A stretch of 64,000 nt of DNA from the NCBI GenBank assembly GCA_963668625.2, contig CAXXKA010000006.1:768001-832000 (forward strand). The letters run 5' to 3'. Under the pieces are notes generated by a model, which did no database searches, had not been told where the DNA came from, and saw nothing but the letters and a program-made list of their open reading frames with translations. This document shows positions 43,146 through 53,268 of the stretch, piece after piece. The position numbers were made by a program, and so were the translations under genes. This stretch comes from an uncultured candidate division Zixibacteria bacterium (lineage in GTDB: Bacteria > Zixibacteria > MSB-5A5 > UBA10806 > 4484-95). Positions within the stretch are counted from its first letter, which is position 1; each line of letters opens with the position of its first letter.

Positions 43146-44591
43146 ATGAAGCATATTTTTACAGTCATACTCATAGTATTTTTAGTACAGGTTAGCCAAG
43201 CAGGTTGGACGCCTGCCGAGCGGATATCGGATGAGAATACGGTTTATCATCCGAGGATAGCAGCTAATGGGGAATCTATTCATGTTGCATATTCTGTAGA
43301 TACAAACGGAAATAATATAGCGTATTATTTAAGAAGCACAGATAATGGACAATCTTGGGCTGATCCTTATTTAATGGTTGATACTTCCGAAGCTCATGGT
43401 ACATTATTTCCTATTATTAGAACCAACGGAGATTCACTCTTTATGCTTTGGAGAAATTATTATAATACGGGAAACTACAGAAATTTGAGTTTTCGCAGAT
43501 CGCTAAACAATGGCTTAACATGGCAACCAGTACAATACTTATTGTATCCCCGCGATTACCATTTTCAAAAACATACTTTAAGTGTATCTAGCAGCAATGT
43601 ATTTGTTGCTTATAGTTACCATGATAGGGATCTGATTTATGAATTTATTAAAAGCACAAATGGCGGCCAAACCTGGAGCGAACCGGAAGAATTGTTAAGA
43701 TTATATGATGCTGATTTTATGGATATGGCTTGTCGCGGAGATACGATTTTCCTTGTTTGGGCTGGTAGATACAGCAGTGATGACCGCTGGGAATCTTATT
43801 ACATGAAAAGCAATGATGCTGGAGAAAATTGGACTGAAGCTCTCTTGTTATCCGAGCCTGATACTATCGGTTCTCATCATCCATCTATTTCAATTAATGA
43901 TACTGGTGAAATTGTCGTTTGTTGGTGTGATGGTAAGTTCTCTCCTAATCCCTGGAATGGTGATTTGTTTGTGAGGTACAGCTACGATATGGGGGAGACC
44001 TGGACAAATGAAGAACAGATTTATTTTAACCATTGGGCAGCTTTTCCCCGAGTTATCTGGCAAGGCGATTCTATCCATGTTGTCTGGCAGGATGATGACA
44101 TTTGGGGAGGCATCAATTATATGTTAAGCCCTGATAATGGCTTGACCTGGGAGGACCAACAACGATTGGATAATGATACTTATTTCTCGACCTATCCTGA
44201 TCTAGCATTAAGCGATAGCTCTGTCCATGCAGTCTGGAGCAATTACGTAGATACAGAGCCGGGCAGCGGGATTTATTATTGTCGTTGGGAACCGGAGGTT
44301 TCAGCACCAGACTTAGTGCCGGAGAACTACCATATCAGCCTGGTATCTTATCCAAATCCATTCAATTCAACAACGATGATTAATTATCAAAACATCGAAG
44401 GAGGTGATATAGAAATCTATGATATCAGAGGTCGTTTGGTCAATACACTCGTTTTGGGGGACTGTAAGGAGGGAAAAATAACATGGGACGGCACCGATTT
44501 GTCAGGCAAAAAAGTTAGCACCGGTGTGTATTTTGCAAAAGCCGAGACACCGCAGGGACTCACATCAAACAAATTGATATTTTTAAAATAA
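43146..44591 (+). CDS. Asp-box propeller, array copy 7
   Basis: Same architecture; ATGA overlap with the copy 6 stop. Confidence 0.88.
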   Translation: MKHIFTVILIVFLVQVSQAGWTPAERISDENTVYHPRIAANGESIHVAYSVDTNGNNIAYYLRSTDNGQSWADPYLMVDTSEAHGTLFPIIRTNGDSLFMLWRNYYNTGNYRNLSFRRSLNNGLTWQPVQYLLYPRDYHFQKHTLSVSSSNVFVAYSYHDRDLIYEFIKSTNGGQTWSEPEELLRLYDADFMDMACRGDTIFLVWAGRYSSDDRWESYYMKSNDAGENWTEALLLSEPDTIGSHHPSISINDTGEIVVCWCDGKFSPNPWNGDLFVRYSYDMGETWTNEEQIYFNHWAAFPRVIWQGDSIHVVWQDDDIWGGINYMLSPDNGLTWEDQQRLDNDTYFSTYPDLALSDSSVHAVWSNYVDTEPGSGIYYCRWEPEVSAPDLVPENYHISLVSYPNPFNSTTMINYQNIEGGDIEIYDIRGRLVNTLVLGDCKEGKITWDGTDLSGKKVSTGVYFAKAETPQGLTSNKLIFLK

Positions 44592-44681
44592 TTGAGTAAC
44601 AATCTAACTTGACATTTGCAGTAAAGTGGGTATATTTTGTGTGTTGTAATAAATGTAAATCAGCTTAGGGGAATTACTGCC

Positions 44682-46130
44682 ATGAGAAGAATATTATTAT
44701 GTTTGCTGTTTATTTTTATTGCCGTACCATGCCAGGCAGGTTGGACCCCCGCCGAACGGATATCGGATGAGAATACGGTTTATCATCCGAGGATAGCAGC
44801 TAATGGGGAATCTATTCATGTTGTCTATTCCAGTTGGATGGGGGCTAATGTTCCATATTACGTGAAGAGTGATGATAATGGCTTAACCTGGAGTGAGCCT
44901 TACTTAATGATCGACACCTCAACTAATGCAAACGCTGTCTTTCCGTTAATTGAAACATCCGGTGATTCGGTTTTCTCGATATGGAAACATAATATACGAA
45001 ACTCCAGCCATAAAACTATAGCATTCAGAAGGTCTCTAGATAACGGTGATCACTGGCAACCGATTGTGGATGTAATCCAACCTTGGGATTATATTTTACA
45101 AAAACATGCTATGAGTATATCCGGCAGAAATGTTTTTATCGCTTTTAGTTACAATGATGATAATTATGATTTAGTATATAAGTTTATGAAAAGCACAAAT
45201 GGCGGCCAAACCTGGAGCGAACCTGAAGAATTGTTAAGACTATACGATGCTGATTTTATGGATATGGCTTGCCGCGGAGATACGATTTTCCTTGTTTGGG
45301 CCGGCAATTATAGTGTTGACGATAGCTGGGAATCGTATTACATGAAAAGCAGCGATGCTGGAGATACCTGGTCTGATGCTATCTTACTTTCAGAACCAGA
45401 TACTATAAATTCTAATCACCCCTCAATTTCAATAAACGAACAGGGTAATATTATTGTTTGCTGGTATGATGGCAAGTATTCTCCCAATCCCTGGAATGGT
45501 GATTTGTTTGTGAGATACAGCTACGATATGGGCGAGACCTGGACTGAAGAAGAACAGATAACGTTTAATCACTGGGCAAGAGTTCCGCGTATTGTATGGC
45601 AAGGCGATTCACTCCATGTTGTCTGGCAGGATGATGACATTTGGGGGAGCATCGATTATATGCTAAGCCCTGATAATGGCTTAACCTGGGAGGATCGGCA
45701 ACGCTTGGATGACGATTATTATTACTCAAGTTATCCTGATATTGCTACGGATGATAGTTCCATCCATGCAGTATGGAGCAATTACGTAGATACTGAACCC
45801 GGTAGCGGGATATATTATAGCCGCTGGGAGCCAGAGGTTTCAGTTCCGGAGCTAATACCGCGTGATTACAATACAAATTTAATGTCATATCCTAATCCAT
45901 TCAATTCGACTACTAAATTACTTTTTAATGATGTGAAAGGGGGTGATATCGAGATATATAATATTACTGGGAAGTTAGTCACATGTCTCGTTTTGGGGGA
46001 CTGTCAGGAGGGATCGGTTATTTGGGACGGCACCGATTTGTCTGGCGAAAGAGTTAGCACCGGGATATATTTTGCAAAAGCTGGGACAAAGCAGGGATTC
46101 ACATCAAACAAATTGATATTTTTAAAATAA
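44682..46130 (+). CDS. Asp-box propeller, array copy 8
   Basis: ATG 44682 (MRRILL) after the promoter cassette; same architecture. Confidence 0.88.
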   Translation: MRRILLCLLFIFIAVPCQAGWTPAERISDENTVYHPRIAANGESIHVVYSSWMGANVPYYVKSDDNGLTWSEPYLMIDTSTNANAVFPLIETSGDSVFSIWKHNIRNSSHKTIAFRRSLDNGDHWQPIVDVIQPWDYILQKHAMSISGRNVFIAFSYNDDNYDLVYKFMKSTNGGQTWSEPEELLRLYDADFMDMACRGDTIFLVWAGNYSVDDSWESYYMKSSDAGDTWSDAILLSEPDTINSNHPSISINEQGNIIVCWYDGKYSPNPWNGDLFVRYSYDMGETWTEEEQITFNHWARVPRIVWQGDSLHVVWQDDDIWGSIDYMLSPDNGLTWEDRQRLDDDYYYSSYPDIATDDSSIHAVWSNYVDTEPGSGIYYSRWEPEVSVPELIPRDYNTNLMSYPNPFNSTTKLLFNDVKGGDIEIYNITGKLVTCLVLGDCQEGSVIWDGTDLSGERVSTGIYFAKAGTKQGFTSNKLIFLK

Positions 46131-46220
46131 TTGAGTAACAATCTTACTTGACATATGCAGTAAAATGGGTATATTTTGTGTGTTGTAATAAATGTAAATC
46201 AGCTTAGGGGAATAACTGCC

Positions 46221-47666
46221 ATGAGAAGAATATTATTAAGCGTACTGTTTATTCTTATTGCTGTACCATGCCAAGCCGGTTGGACACCCGCCGAGAGAAT
46301 ATCGGATGAGAATACGATACTCCATCCACGGATTATCTCTAAGGGCGATAATTTACATGTTATGTATAGTAAATGGATAGGTTCTGACCTTCCTTATTAT
46401 ATTCGAAGCGAAAATAACGGTTTGTCGTGGAGCGAGCCGTACATGATGATTGATACAACGATTTATTCAAATGGGGTATTTCCAGTATTGGAAGTCGTTG
46501 GTAATGTTGTTTACGCATTGTGGCGGCAGAGTTATCGGAGTATTAATCGAAGGGCTCTTGCTTTCAGGATATCTGTAAATAATGGGATTACTTGGGGGCC
46601 AATAACGAATATAGTAACTCTTAACGATGAGTATTTTCAGAAACACACATTTTGCGTATCGGGAGATAATATATTTGTAATCTATAATTATTACGATAAT
46701 GAATTAATTTATAAGTTTGTCAAAAGTACAAATTATGGGCAGACTTGGTTTGAACCGATAGAGTTGTTCCGGGCCAATGAATCTGGTTTAATAGATATGG
46801 CTTGCAGGGGGGATACGATTTATTTCGTCTGGTCCGGCAATTTTAGTTCTCAAGATAGCTGGGAGACATATTATTTAAGAAGTTTAGATGGCGGCGATAC
46901 TTGGAGCGAAAATCAATTGCTTACAGAGCCTGATGCAATAGGCTCCCAACATCCCTCTATAGCTATTAATGAGAATGGCAATGTAGCTGTGTGCTGGACT
47001 GACGGCAAATACTCCCCAAACCCCTGGAATGGAGACTTATTTGTCAGATACATTTATAATTCAGGAGAAAACTGGACACAGGAAGAACAAATAACCTTTA
47101 CTCACTGGGCTAGAGTCCCTAGAATTGTCTGGAGAAGCGATTCTATTCATGTAGCCTGGGAAGATGGACGTTATAGTGCGAGTGATCCCTTTTATATGTT
47201 AAGCCCTAATAACGGAATTAGTTGGGAACAGGAACAGCTAATTGATAATGATCCTGAAGCATCGGAATATCCGGATATAGCTTTGACTGATAGCGGTGTT
47301 CATGTAGTATGGACTGATTTCCGTATGTATGATCTGGGGCGAGGCGTTTATTATTCGCGCTTGGAACCTGATGTATTCATCGATGAAGCTGTTCCATGGG
47401 ATTACCGTACGAAATTAATATCCTATCCTAACCCCTTTAATTCAACTACGCTAATTTTATATTCGAATCCGGAAGGATGTGATTTAAATATATACGATAT
47501 CACAGGACGATTGATTAAAACGCTGTGTCTTAGGGCAACTAGAAAGGGGAATATAGCCTGGGACGCTACTGACAACTCCGGTAATTTAGTGGCAACTGGA
47601 GTTTATTTCGCAATTATGAGTACACATCTGGGGACTGTTTCAACAAAGCTTATTTTCCTAAAATAA
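46221..47666 (+). CDS. Asp-box propeller, array copy 9 (most divergent)
   Basis: ATG 46221; same architecture, unique sequence beyond the signal peptide. Confidence 0.88.
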   Translation: MRRILLSVLFILIAVPCQAGWTPAERISDENTILHPRIISKGDNLHVMYSKWIGSDLPYYIRSENNGLSWSEPYMMIDTTIYSNGVFPVLEVVGNVVYALWRQSYRSINRRALAFRISVNNGITWGPITNIVTLNDEYFQKHTFCVSGDNIFVIYNYYDNELIYKFVKSTNYGQTWFEPIELFRANESGLIDMACRGDTIYFVWSGNFSSQDSWETYYLRSLDGGDTWSENQLLTEPDAIGSQHPSIAINENGNVAVCWTDGKYSPNPWNGDLFVRYIYNSGENWTQEEQITFTHWARVPRIVWRSDSIHVAWEDGRYSASDPFYMLSPNNGISWEQEQLIDNDPEASEYPDIALTDSGVHVVWTDFRMYDLGRGVYYSRLEPDVFIDEAVPWDYRTKLISYPNPFNSTTLILYSNPEGCDLNIYDITGRLIKTLCLRATRKGNIAWDATDNSGNLVATGVYFAIMSTHLGTVSTKLIFLK

Positions 47667-47698
47667 CCAATAACTAAACCCAAAACAAGGAGGGTTTT

Positions 47699-50600
47699 GT
47701 GTTAAAAGCATTTTTTAACATTAGTGTGTTAGTGTGCTTAGTATTGATGAGTTCAATGTCTCTAGCTTCGGACGAATACTGGACAGATTTGAATGCGCCG
47801 TACTGGGCTAACGGAATTGATGTGGCCGTAGGACAAACAGATACTTCGCCTGGAATCCGATATCTTATAGGTTCTAACAATGAAAATACAAACCTAATGC
47901 GATGGAATCTAATAAGCAATGGCTGGGATGATTTTTTCCCAATTTCATCATCTGTAAAGCTCGTTTCATATAAAAGAAATAACCAAGGTCTCAGAGCTTT
48001 TTGTGCTCAATCTGGAGGGGATGTTTATCGGACTAATGATGGTGGCATCAGTTGGGATCATATATTATCCATCCCAGCTAATACCAACTACAGCGCCATT
48101 GATGTGACGACATTCTTCGGTGATCCCGGACAATATATATTCGCGGGAATGGCGAGTGAAACCGGTCATGTTTCAGCATATCTTTATGATAACGATTATC
48201 AGAATGGCACATGGTTTATGCTCGGTGATGACACCCCGCAAAATAATCTGCTCTATGAGAAGGATGTTTTCGATGTCGAATGCTCTGAAACTAGAGGTGT
48301 ATATGCCGGTACTGAGGATGGTCTCTATTTTCATGACTACCCTGCAGATCCTCAAAATCAGAATCCCTGGCAACACTTGAACGCACTACAAAACTGTCAG
48401 GTACGGGCTTTAGAATCAATCGATGATATGCACGGGGAGCAGCTTGCTGCTGTTATTGATCCCGGCCAAAACAGAAAACTGTACTTCTCGGGATTAGGGA
48501 ATATATGGGAAAATCCTATTGAACTTAAACCGCGAGGGGAGTCGTTTGAGAAGCCTGTCAATGATATAGCGGGAGTTTACTGGTATAATGATCATGTGTC
48601 TTGCTATGCGGCAACGTCTGATGGATTGTATAGCATATATTTTCAACAGAACACGACTGGCGACTGTGATGAAATAGATATCGCAAACTATGCAAATGTT
48701 TTTAACTATGATAAGAATTTTATCGCAGTTGACTATTATTTCTATGATGATGAAAATAAGCACGCGAAGGTGATAGCCTCAACACCGAACAGTGTTTACG
48801 AAATACATGAGGAGAGAGATAATAATGGTACCCTGGTTAGTATCGAAGTCACCGAAATAACCAACGGCACTTATAAATGCGATGCCGCCGCTTTAACATT
48901 CCCTGAATATGTTCCGGGAGTCACCAGGAAGGTATTCATGAACACCCCGGAAGGATTAATAAAAAAAGGCAATCTGGATGATTGGAAACTTTGCGGATTA
49001 TCGAATCTCAATCATTCATCATATATAGGTACCGATGTGGTTTCAGAACCAACTGGTAATGGGATAGTAATCGCAGCATCATCAGCAAGCGAGACTGCCA
49101 ATGGCATGATCATATATTCGGGTGACTATGGGGTAACATGGCAAGAACCGGAACTGCTTCCAAATTCTATAAGGTCGCTGGCGTTGAGTCCTCATTCCGA
49201 TGAAGCTTACGCCGGCGGATATGGTCAATTGCTTTACCATAGCTCCGACAATGGTCAGATATGGTCAGGAATAATTAATATGGGCGAATTGGTTTTCGTC
49301 AATGATATCCTGGTTGATCCCGATCCGAATAGACAGAACTATATATATGTTGCCGGGTCGGTGGCTTATGGAACTACAACAAAGATCAAAGCTGGCAATG
49401 GAGGTCAGTGGTATGATATAGAGAATGGTTTAAGCGCTGTAAACAACGTATACCAATTATGTAAAAAACGCCGATGATGATGCTTTATATGCCGCTACTG
49501 ATGACGGTATATATAAAGCGGATATCTCTAACCTACAAAATGTCACCTGGGTTAGAAAAACCGATGAGATAGGTAATCCCGCGTTTGCCTCGATAGTGAA
49601 CGATCCCAATGAGAAGTACGTGCTGTTTGGATCAACTTACCCCGGTATAGGTAATCCTCACGTATATGTCAGCGCGGATTCCGGCAGGAGCTGGAACGAT
49701 TATACTCAGATTATCGGTGATGATGATGCCGATATAAGTAAATTAGCATTTTCACAAAGCGCTGAACCCGCGGTCATCGCTGGAACAGAAAAAGGATTAT
49801 ACTTTGTACCGGATATAGTTAAGTCGGGCAATCATGATTCCCACCTTGAATGGGGACCTGGAAAAATAATTGTGAACGGTGATGTGTCCAATTGGCTTTA
49901 TGGTGATTTGGAAATAGTTAATCCATGCACGCTTCTTTTTGTATATGATTTTGCTAGGAGTGATTGTGACTTCGGTTGGCAAGCATCCAAATCTGAATTG
50001 TTTCTTAAGGGCAATACTGTTAATGAAGATTTTATTGCCAATGGATCACAGCAAGATAAAATAATATTTACATCATCTCACACTACAAATCCTCAACCGG
50101 GTGACTGGGGTGGAATTACTGTTTGCTATAACTCCCATCCTTGTATCAATATGCAGCATTGTAAGGTAGAATATGCTGATTATGGTATTATTTCACATTA
50201 TGCGGCTAGACCATATAAGTTTGAAGTCACTTATTGTGAATTTAAAGATATGGTGATGGGAGGAGTAATTGTAATCTGCAATCCTCTATATTATAGCACG
50301 ATTGTAAACAAGTGTACTTTTGAGAATTGTGGTGGCTATGCATTAGAATTAGCTCGCGATAAAGAGACATTTACTCCTTCACCTTATCTCACTAATAATA
50401 CTATTATTAATAGTACTATTGGATTGATTTACGCCGGTTCAGGTAACAGCACGGACTCGAGAAAGGCTTATATAGAACATAATGTAATTCAAGATTGTGA
50501 CGAGTATGGTATTCTTGTTAGCATAAGCTATGATGCAATATATCCGCCACGCGTCGAGATAAACGATAATACGTTGACAAATATTCAAGGTACAGGCATA

Positions 50601-51380
50601 CAATTATTCGAGGTTTCAGATAAGACTGTAATAGGAGGTAATGAGTTAATAAACTCGGGAAACTATGGGGTTTACATTACAAATTCATCACCTGTTCTGG
50701 ATGAGTATTCAGGTTCACCTAACATTATTAAAGCAGCGAAAGTCGGAATATACTGCGACGGATACAGTGGTCCTTACGTTAGAAATACTGTTATCAGAAA
50801 TAGTATAAATTATGGAATTCTTGCCGAGGTGAAGGAGCCACCCGTAACATTACCTAACTTTGGCGATGTGTCTGATCCAGGAAATAATTCATTTACTTAC
50901 ATTAATCCCTCTGCAAAGTACCGAGATATATCTATAAAATATGATGGTGCACAATATGAAGTCCTAGCTCAGGGAAATTGGTGGGGAGAATATCCTCCCA
51001 ATGCTACTGAAATTACGGGTTATGTAACTTATGATCCCGCGCTGGATTATGATCCCTGGAAAGGCTATGGTAAAAGAGTCGCTAACGAGGCAAACATACC
51101 GACTAGAGTAACATTGGATCAAAATTACCCGAACCCTTTTAACCCCAGTACGGATATCTCCCTTTATATTCCAGAGACACAACAGGTATCTGTAGATATT
51201 TATAATATCCGAGGCCAGGTAGTTAAGAATCTGATTTCAGAAATCCTTAGTATTGGTCACTACACGATCCATTGGGATGGGAAAAACGAGAACAACAATG
51301 CCGTGGCATCTGGTATATATTTCTACGTTTTAACTACTGATGATGAAAAAGTGACCAAGAAAATGACGCTTTTACGATAA
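47699..51380 (+). pseudogene. Secreted beta-propeller + right-handed beta-helix + YPNPFN-domain protein split by a +1 frameshift (ORFs 47699-49477 and 49596-51380)
   Basis: A6 run at 49463-49468; removing one A gives ..YQLCKNADDDALYAATDDGIYKAD.. continuous into the second ORF (1226 aa in total). Asp boxes, IIFTS..PGDWGGI, GNWWG, LDQNYPNPFNP. Confidence 0.8.
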
Positions 51381-51409
51381 ATCACGGTTTTAAATAAAGG
51401 AGAATTAAA

Positions 51410-51961
51410 ATGAAAAGGTTTAAAATATTAGGCTCTTTATTTATTCTGATAGTCTCGCTCTTAGTACTATCTGGCAATGTAATAGCCGGGGAAGTTATGT
51501 ATGAAATATCGAGAGGTAAAGTAATACATGACCCAGATTCCCAAAATAATAGATTTATTTTCAGACCAGAGATAGATATTTTTGGAGAGAGCACTTATAT
51601 TGTTAAGGCAACATTAAGTACTGAAATCACGCCATTAACAAACGATACGACATTCTTGGAAATAAGAATTTATCCAATAACAACAGATTGGTATGGAAAC
51701 AATGTGTCTTGGACGAATCCTTGGAATGAGCCAGGCGGTGATTTTGATGAATTACATTACGCGCATGCTCTAGTATCTTTACCTCAGGAGCAGGAGGTAA
51801 GATTCGATCTAACGAATCTGCTACAGGGATTTTGTAGTGGCAACCTGGAATATTACGGATTTATTGTAACTGTCTCAGCTAGTTCTTGGGATGCTTTCAC
51901 ATTATCCAACCTGCACTCTAATAGGCCGCTAGCGACGATAAATGTGGTGTATTTTCAATGA
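51410..51961 (+). CDS. Secreted DNRLRE-like domain protein
   Basis: RBS AAGGAG; signal peptide; IVKATL..IRIYPITTDW..VSWTNPWNEPGGDFD..RFDLTNLLQ..YGFIV pattern. Confidence 0.65.
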   Translation: MKRFKILGSLFILIVSLLVLSGNVIAGEVMYEISRGKVIHDPDSQNNRFIFRPEIDIFGESTYIVKATLSTEITPLTNDTTFLEIRIYPITTDWYGNNVSWTNPWNEPGGDFDELHYAHALVSLPQEQEVRFDLTNLLQGFCSGNLEYYGFIVTVSASSWDAFTLSNLHSNRPLATINVVYFQ

Positions 51962-51990
51962 TGCTAGATTAGCATTCTGAGGAGAAAAAT

Positions 51991-52019
51991 AGCGGTTTTA
52001 TATCAGTGAAACCGCTTTT
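51991..52019 (+). terminator. Intrinsic terminator-like hairpin
   Basis: agcggttt..aaaccgct followed by TTT. Confidence 0.5.
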
Positions 52020-52060
52020 AATTAGCGCTGTCAATTATAAGGGGATATTTACGATTTTTA

Positions 52061-52089
52061 TTGACCATCTGGTGGATAATTCTTATACT
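52061..52089 (+). promoter_or_regulatory. Sigma70-type promoter for the 52186 gene
   Basis: TTGACC-N17-TATACT. Confidence 0.6.
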
Positions 52090-52185
52090 TATTTACAGGG
52101 GCGTAGTTTAATTATGCCCTTTTTTTCTCGTTAAGGTTGTATTAAGGCAACACGATATTTATCAGCCTAATATTTCATCGGGCGC

Positions 52186-53229
52186 GTGGTTATGGATATA
52201 TCGGATAATAAAATATCACTTATAGAATTTTTAAATGACCCATCTAATAAAAGAAATTTCATAATATTTTATAAGCTGTGTTATGCTCACGTCTACGGTT
52301 TCCTGACATATCAAAAAAGAAAAGGTTACTATTATCCTGACAATATGTATACCAGCAATGATGGTCTCAGCGATATGGCTGTTGATATACTGGGGGCGCT
52401 ATTTCGAAATGATAAGAGCAGAAAGTTTAATGTGATATATGATTACTACAAGTCTCACAACATAACCGAGTATTCATCTACAAATGTCAACGAAATATAC
52501 GACTTATTTAAGCAGCTGGTAAATAGTTTTACTCGTCAAGAGCTGAGTAAACTGAAAAAAGCCGTCGACCCGCAGATAGATAATCTAAAGCGACGAATAA
52601 AGAGTATATTAAAAAGCTCTGATTACGCCGTGTATTCAGCGAACCCATCGGGAGAGAAGTATATAAGGTTATCATCGCAGGAGCATGACAAGAATGATAG
52701 CAACTCGCCAATTGAATTTGATTCTTTACTTGATATCGCCAGGGAGGCTTATTATAGCAGTAAGAACCGGGTGGAATGGTGCTTCAATATATTTGAAACA
52801 ATAACAGATGAATATGGCCCGGCCTCTTTTGTGAAATTTCATGAGCTGATCAAGGCAATGATCCAGGTTAATGTGACTGATTTGGAGCTTTATTATAATG
52901 ACAAAACCAATAAGATAACAACGGATATTACTTACAGCGATAGTACCTTAAATGAGAAAAAGAACCTGACACTCAAATGGGTAAAGGAAGATACGTTAAG
53001 TTCTTTTGTAATCAATGGGCGGCTTGATGATGATCTGGCCGAAAGAATACTACAGGCTGTTGATAATTATCTCTCTGATTTGTTATTTTCATCCGGTACT
53101 GATGCTTTACCATTGTATTTCCGTGAGGTTATGCCGGATTCCGAACATAAATGCTATCTGGATAAGTATAAATATATCTTTGAGACAACCATCCGAAACG
53201 CTGAGGATTATCTAAAAAAGATAATTTAA
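52186..53229 (+). CDS. Putative divergent sigma-factor-like protein
   Basis: Helical cytoplasmic protein with a sigma2-like N-terminal pattern (FYKLCY.HVYGFL..LSDMAVDILGALF..LFKQLVNSFTRQEL); directly upstream of an HxxxCxxC anti-sigma. No clear sigma4 HTH seen. Confidence 0.5.
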   Translation: MVMDISDNKISLIEFLNDPSNKRNFIIFYKLCYAHVYGFLTYQKRKGYYYPDNMYTSNDGLSDMAVDILGALFRNDKSRKFNVIYDYYKSHNITEYSSTNVNEIYDLFKQLVNSFTRQELSKLKKAVDPQIDNLKRRIKSILKSSDYAVYSANPSGEKYIRLSSQEHDKNDSNSPIEFDSLLDIAREAYYSSKNRVEWCFNIFETITDEYGPASFVKFHELIKAMIQVNVTDLELYYNDKTNKITTDITYSDSTLNEKKNLTLKWVKEDTLSSFVINGRLDDDLAERILQAVDNYLSDLLFSSGTDALPLYFREVMPDSEHKCYLDKYKYIFETTIRNAEDYLKKII

Positions 53230-53231
53230 TA

Positions 53232-53259
53232 TTCTACAAATAAGCTGTTTGGCAGCTAT
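53232..53259 (+). promoter_or_regulatory. Bipartite motif TTCTACAAAT-N10-GCAGCTAT, copy 1
   Basis: Identical boxes and spacing at 56449-56476; lies upstream of the anti-sigma gene. Confidence 0.7.
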
Positions 53260-53268
53260 ATCATTTTA

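Larger units (their letters stand above)
40427..43149 (+). pseudogene. Asp-box propeller, array copy 6, interrupted in its C-terminal domain by IS3
   Basis: ...GDIEIYD | IS3 | DIAGRLVKKLVLGGCQEG...LKVVYLK; the propeller part is intact. Confidence 0.88.

Noticed and set aside
31592-46220. CRISPR array or integron attC cassettes suggested by the repeated ~90-nt spacer
   Set aside because: The repeats are promoter/RBS leaders separated by whole paralogous genes; no cas genes, no attC-like dyad, no integron integrase.
31665-47666. Diversity-generating retroelement or shufflon as the source of array variation
   Set aside because: No reverse transcriptase in the window; differences are block-wise and not adenine-specific; all copies are co-oriented with no inverted recombination sites.
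52099-52108. gggcgtagtt identical to the last 10 nt of the att core
   Set aside because: Too short to distinguish from chance, and explained by the local hairpin.
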